From Azolla caroliniana (lineage: Eukaryota; Plantae; Polypodiophyta), in contig JBHGNT010000001.1 of assembly GCA_043228905.1 (NCBI GenBank), forward strand, positions 15,810,001 to 15,874,000: a stretch of 64,000 bases of DNA. The letters run 5' to 3'. The notes below the pieces were generated by a model, which did no database searches, was not told the DNA's origin, and saw only the letters and a list, made by a program, of their open reading frames with translations. The number at the start of each line of letters is the position of its first letter. Position 1 is the stretch's first letter. Of this stretch, positions 61,232 to 64,000 are shown in pieces. The position numbers and the translations under genes are program-made.

Positions 61232-64000
61232 TGTTGGGATTACGGTCCCTTTCGGATGGGATGGTCGGATGTCGGAGATGAATGCCGACAAGCCCGGTTT
61301 CGGTTTCGGAACCGGATGATGAAGACCCCGGTTTCGGAGCCGGATGACGAATGTACCCGGAGAGAGATCCGGATGCGGGGACATATCTGTGAATATGTTT
61401 GCCAAGGGCCCTTGAGGCTATAGTTGTAAATAGCCCCAAAGTCATATGTGTATAAATATGACTTAGGGCAAACAGTTTTAATGTTGCTACTCATTTTTCT
61501 GTTTTTCCACTTAAGAGGAGTGAAGAGAGAGCAGTCGTGAGAGAGATAGAGCGTGAGAGAGGAAGAGGTCGACGCCTCTGTGTATTTCCGCCGCCTGTGG
61601 CGAGGACAGCGAGCTCAAGGTCGTCGCCTTGCAGCTCGCCATTGTATACTTCTCTGTGCATAGTTTTGCTTCGGAGTCTTGTGCTCCCGTGGTTTTTCCC
61701 GTACAGGGTTTTCCACGTTAAATCGTGTGTCCACTCTATCTTTCGCATTTCCCATTTTCTGCAACAACGATTCGTGTGTTTTCCTTGGTTGTGGCCGAGA
61801 GGTGAAGTTTGGAAAGTTTCGATTAATTTCCATCAATTTGGTATCAGAGCGAACTGCTGCAGAAAATGGAAGGCAGCGGCAGCGGGCAGCCGGGGATGAT
61901 GGTGCTGAATGCGCAGAATTACGCCGACTGGAAGATCAAGATGGAGGATCTTCTGATTGTTCGGGACCTGTACGAACCGATTGACAGGTCGGAAATACTG
62001 AATTGAGTACTTGAGTCGGAATGGAGGCTTCTGAACCGGAAAGCCGTTGCAACCATTCGGCAATACGTAGACGTGAGCGTTCTACAACATGTGGCGAACG
62101 ACACCAACGCATATGAGATGTGGCGGAAGCTGTCGGGCCTCTACGAGAGGAAGAATGCGTTGAACCGGACCTCCCTGATGAGGAAGATAGTGAACCTCAA
62201 GTACCGGGACGGCGAGAGTATGGTGGAACACGTAAGCACGTTCATGGGATTCGTGAACCAGCTTGCGGCGATCAAGTTCCCGCTGGAGAATGCAATGCAA
62301 GCCATCATTCTGATGTGTACATTGCCGGAAAGCTGGGAGAACTTGGTGGTGACTCTCAGCACCTCCTGCACCGAAGATAACTTGTCCCTACAAACGGTAA
62401 AGACAAGTATTTTGAACGAAGAAGCGCGTCGGAGAGATAAAGAACCGGCCTCCGATCCGAAGATGTTGTTTACCGAATCGGAACGGGGAAGACAATGGAA
62501 CCGGAGTCCGCAAAGACGGGAGAAGTCGGGGACCCGGTCGCAGTCAAGAGGAAGACCCACGTGCTTCCACTGTGGGAAGCCGGGGCACTTCCGGAAGAAT
62601 TGCCGGCATTACCGAAAGGACAACGGAGCCGACGACACCGATTCGAAGAAGTCACCGGAGAGAAACGGTGCATACCGGGGAGCCACGGACCGGAATGGTT
62701 TGGATCGGCGAGGGCAGGACCGGAAAGGAACGACGGCACTCGCGGCAAGTGAAGAGGAGATCATGCTCATCACCGAAGAAGGTGAACTAAACATTGCCGG
62801 CGATGAGACTACCTGGGTGGTAGATTCCGGAGCGTCGTTCCACCTGACCCCGGAAAGAAGATACTTCTCATCCTACGCAGCCGGTGAGCATGGCTGTGTT
62901 CGGATGGGAAATGAAGGTACGTGCCGGATTGCCGGCATAGGAGACGTGTGGTTGACGACCCCGACCGGATGCAAAATGCTGCTGAAGGATGTCTGACACG
63001 TTCCGGAAGTTCGATTGAACCTGATTTCGGCCGGGAGGCTAGACGATGAAGGCTACACAGGTAGCATCCGGAACAGCGTAATGAAGTTCAGCAAGGGGAG
63101 CCTGATAGTGGCTCGGGCCCGGAAAGTCAACACACTGTACCTTATGAATGCCTGGTTGTGTCCGGAAGAGTTGAACGTGGCAGCCGACACTGCCGGTGAG
63201 CTGTGGCACAAGAGACTGTGCCACATGAGTGAGAAGGGGATGAAGAGGCTTGCAGAAGACAACCTTATTCCAGTGAAGCATGTGCACCTGGAGAAGTGCA
63301 CCGATTGCCTGGCCGGTAAGCAGAACCGAACCTCCTTCCACTCAAGGCCACCGACGAGACGTAGCGCACCATTGGAGTTGGTGCATACTGATGTTTGTCA
63401 GGTAGAAACGAAGTCACATGGCGGAGCCCAGTACTTCGTGACATTCATTGATGATCACAGCCGGAAGCTGTGGACGGCACCGTTGAAGACAAAGGACCAA
63501 GTGTTGTCCGTCTTCAAAGAACTCCACGCGAGAGTGGAAAGAGAATCCGGCAAGAAGCTGAAAGCGATACGAGCGGATAACGGAGGGGAATACCGGGGGC
63601 AGTTCGCGGAGTACTGTCGCTCGAAAGGAATCCGGCTCGAGTTTACTGTGCCGAAGACGCCGGAACTGAACGGGCTGGCCGAGAGGATGAACCGGACCAT
63701 AATGGAGAGGGTCCGGAGTATACTGGCGCATGCGGAATTACCCAAGGGGTTTTGGGCTGAGGCGATGTCGACGGCGACATACGTGATAAACAGATCACCC
63801 TCAGTACCTTTGGACGGAGACACGCCGCAGAGAGTGTGGACCGGTAGGGAAGTATCCTACCGGCATCTGAAGGTGTTCGGGTGTCTCGCATACGTGCATG
63901 TGGCAAAGGACCGGAGAGGAAAGCTAGATCCAAAGACCCGGCCATGCATATTCCTCGGTTACGGCGATGACGAGTTCGGCTACCGAGTATGGGACCCGGT
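61232..64000 (+). mobile_element. Copia family-1-related element, 5' part (LTR 61232-61835, PBS 61839-61850, gag-PR-INT)
   Basis: TGTTG...CATCA; TGGTATCAGAGC; CFHCGKPGHFRKNC, WVVDSGAS, DNGGEY; runs off the right edge. Confidence 0.93.

Overview
Eukaryotic (plant-type) heterochromatic transposon nest with no host gene. The element types suggest a seedless plant such as a fern, but that is inference. Almost the whole 64 kb resolves into nested elements: a 5'-truncated LINE; several Ty1/copia elements of two families; Tcn1-like chromoviruses; an unusual non-chromovirus Ty3/gypsy lineage (TGTCG...CGACA ends, FLDD reverse transcriptase); solo LTRs; and a complete 7.1-kb Sola2-like DNA transposon. 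Most ORFs are broken by stops and frameshifts, many consistent with C>T decay. Main observations: (1) several LTR families carry an antisense tRNA-like A-box/B-box cassette in U3; (2) the TGTCG...CGACA lineage makes 4-bp, CpG-centred target duplications, and two members sit head-to-head in the same ACGT site; (3) one of these gypsy LTRs has apparently captured the CCGG repeat array of a copia LTR; (4) slippery-site plus pseudoknot -1 frameshift signals are conserved, one of them lying after the protease; (5) the LINE ORF2 is in frame with ORF1 behind a single TAG and has no usable ATG. Coordinates were read by eye and may be off by a few bases. No database searches were run.
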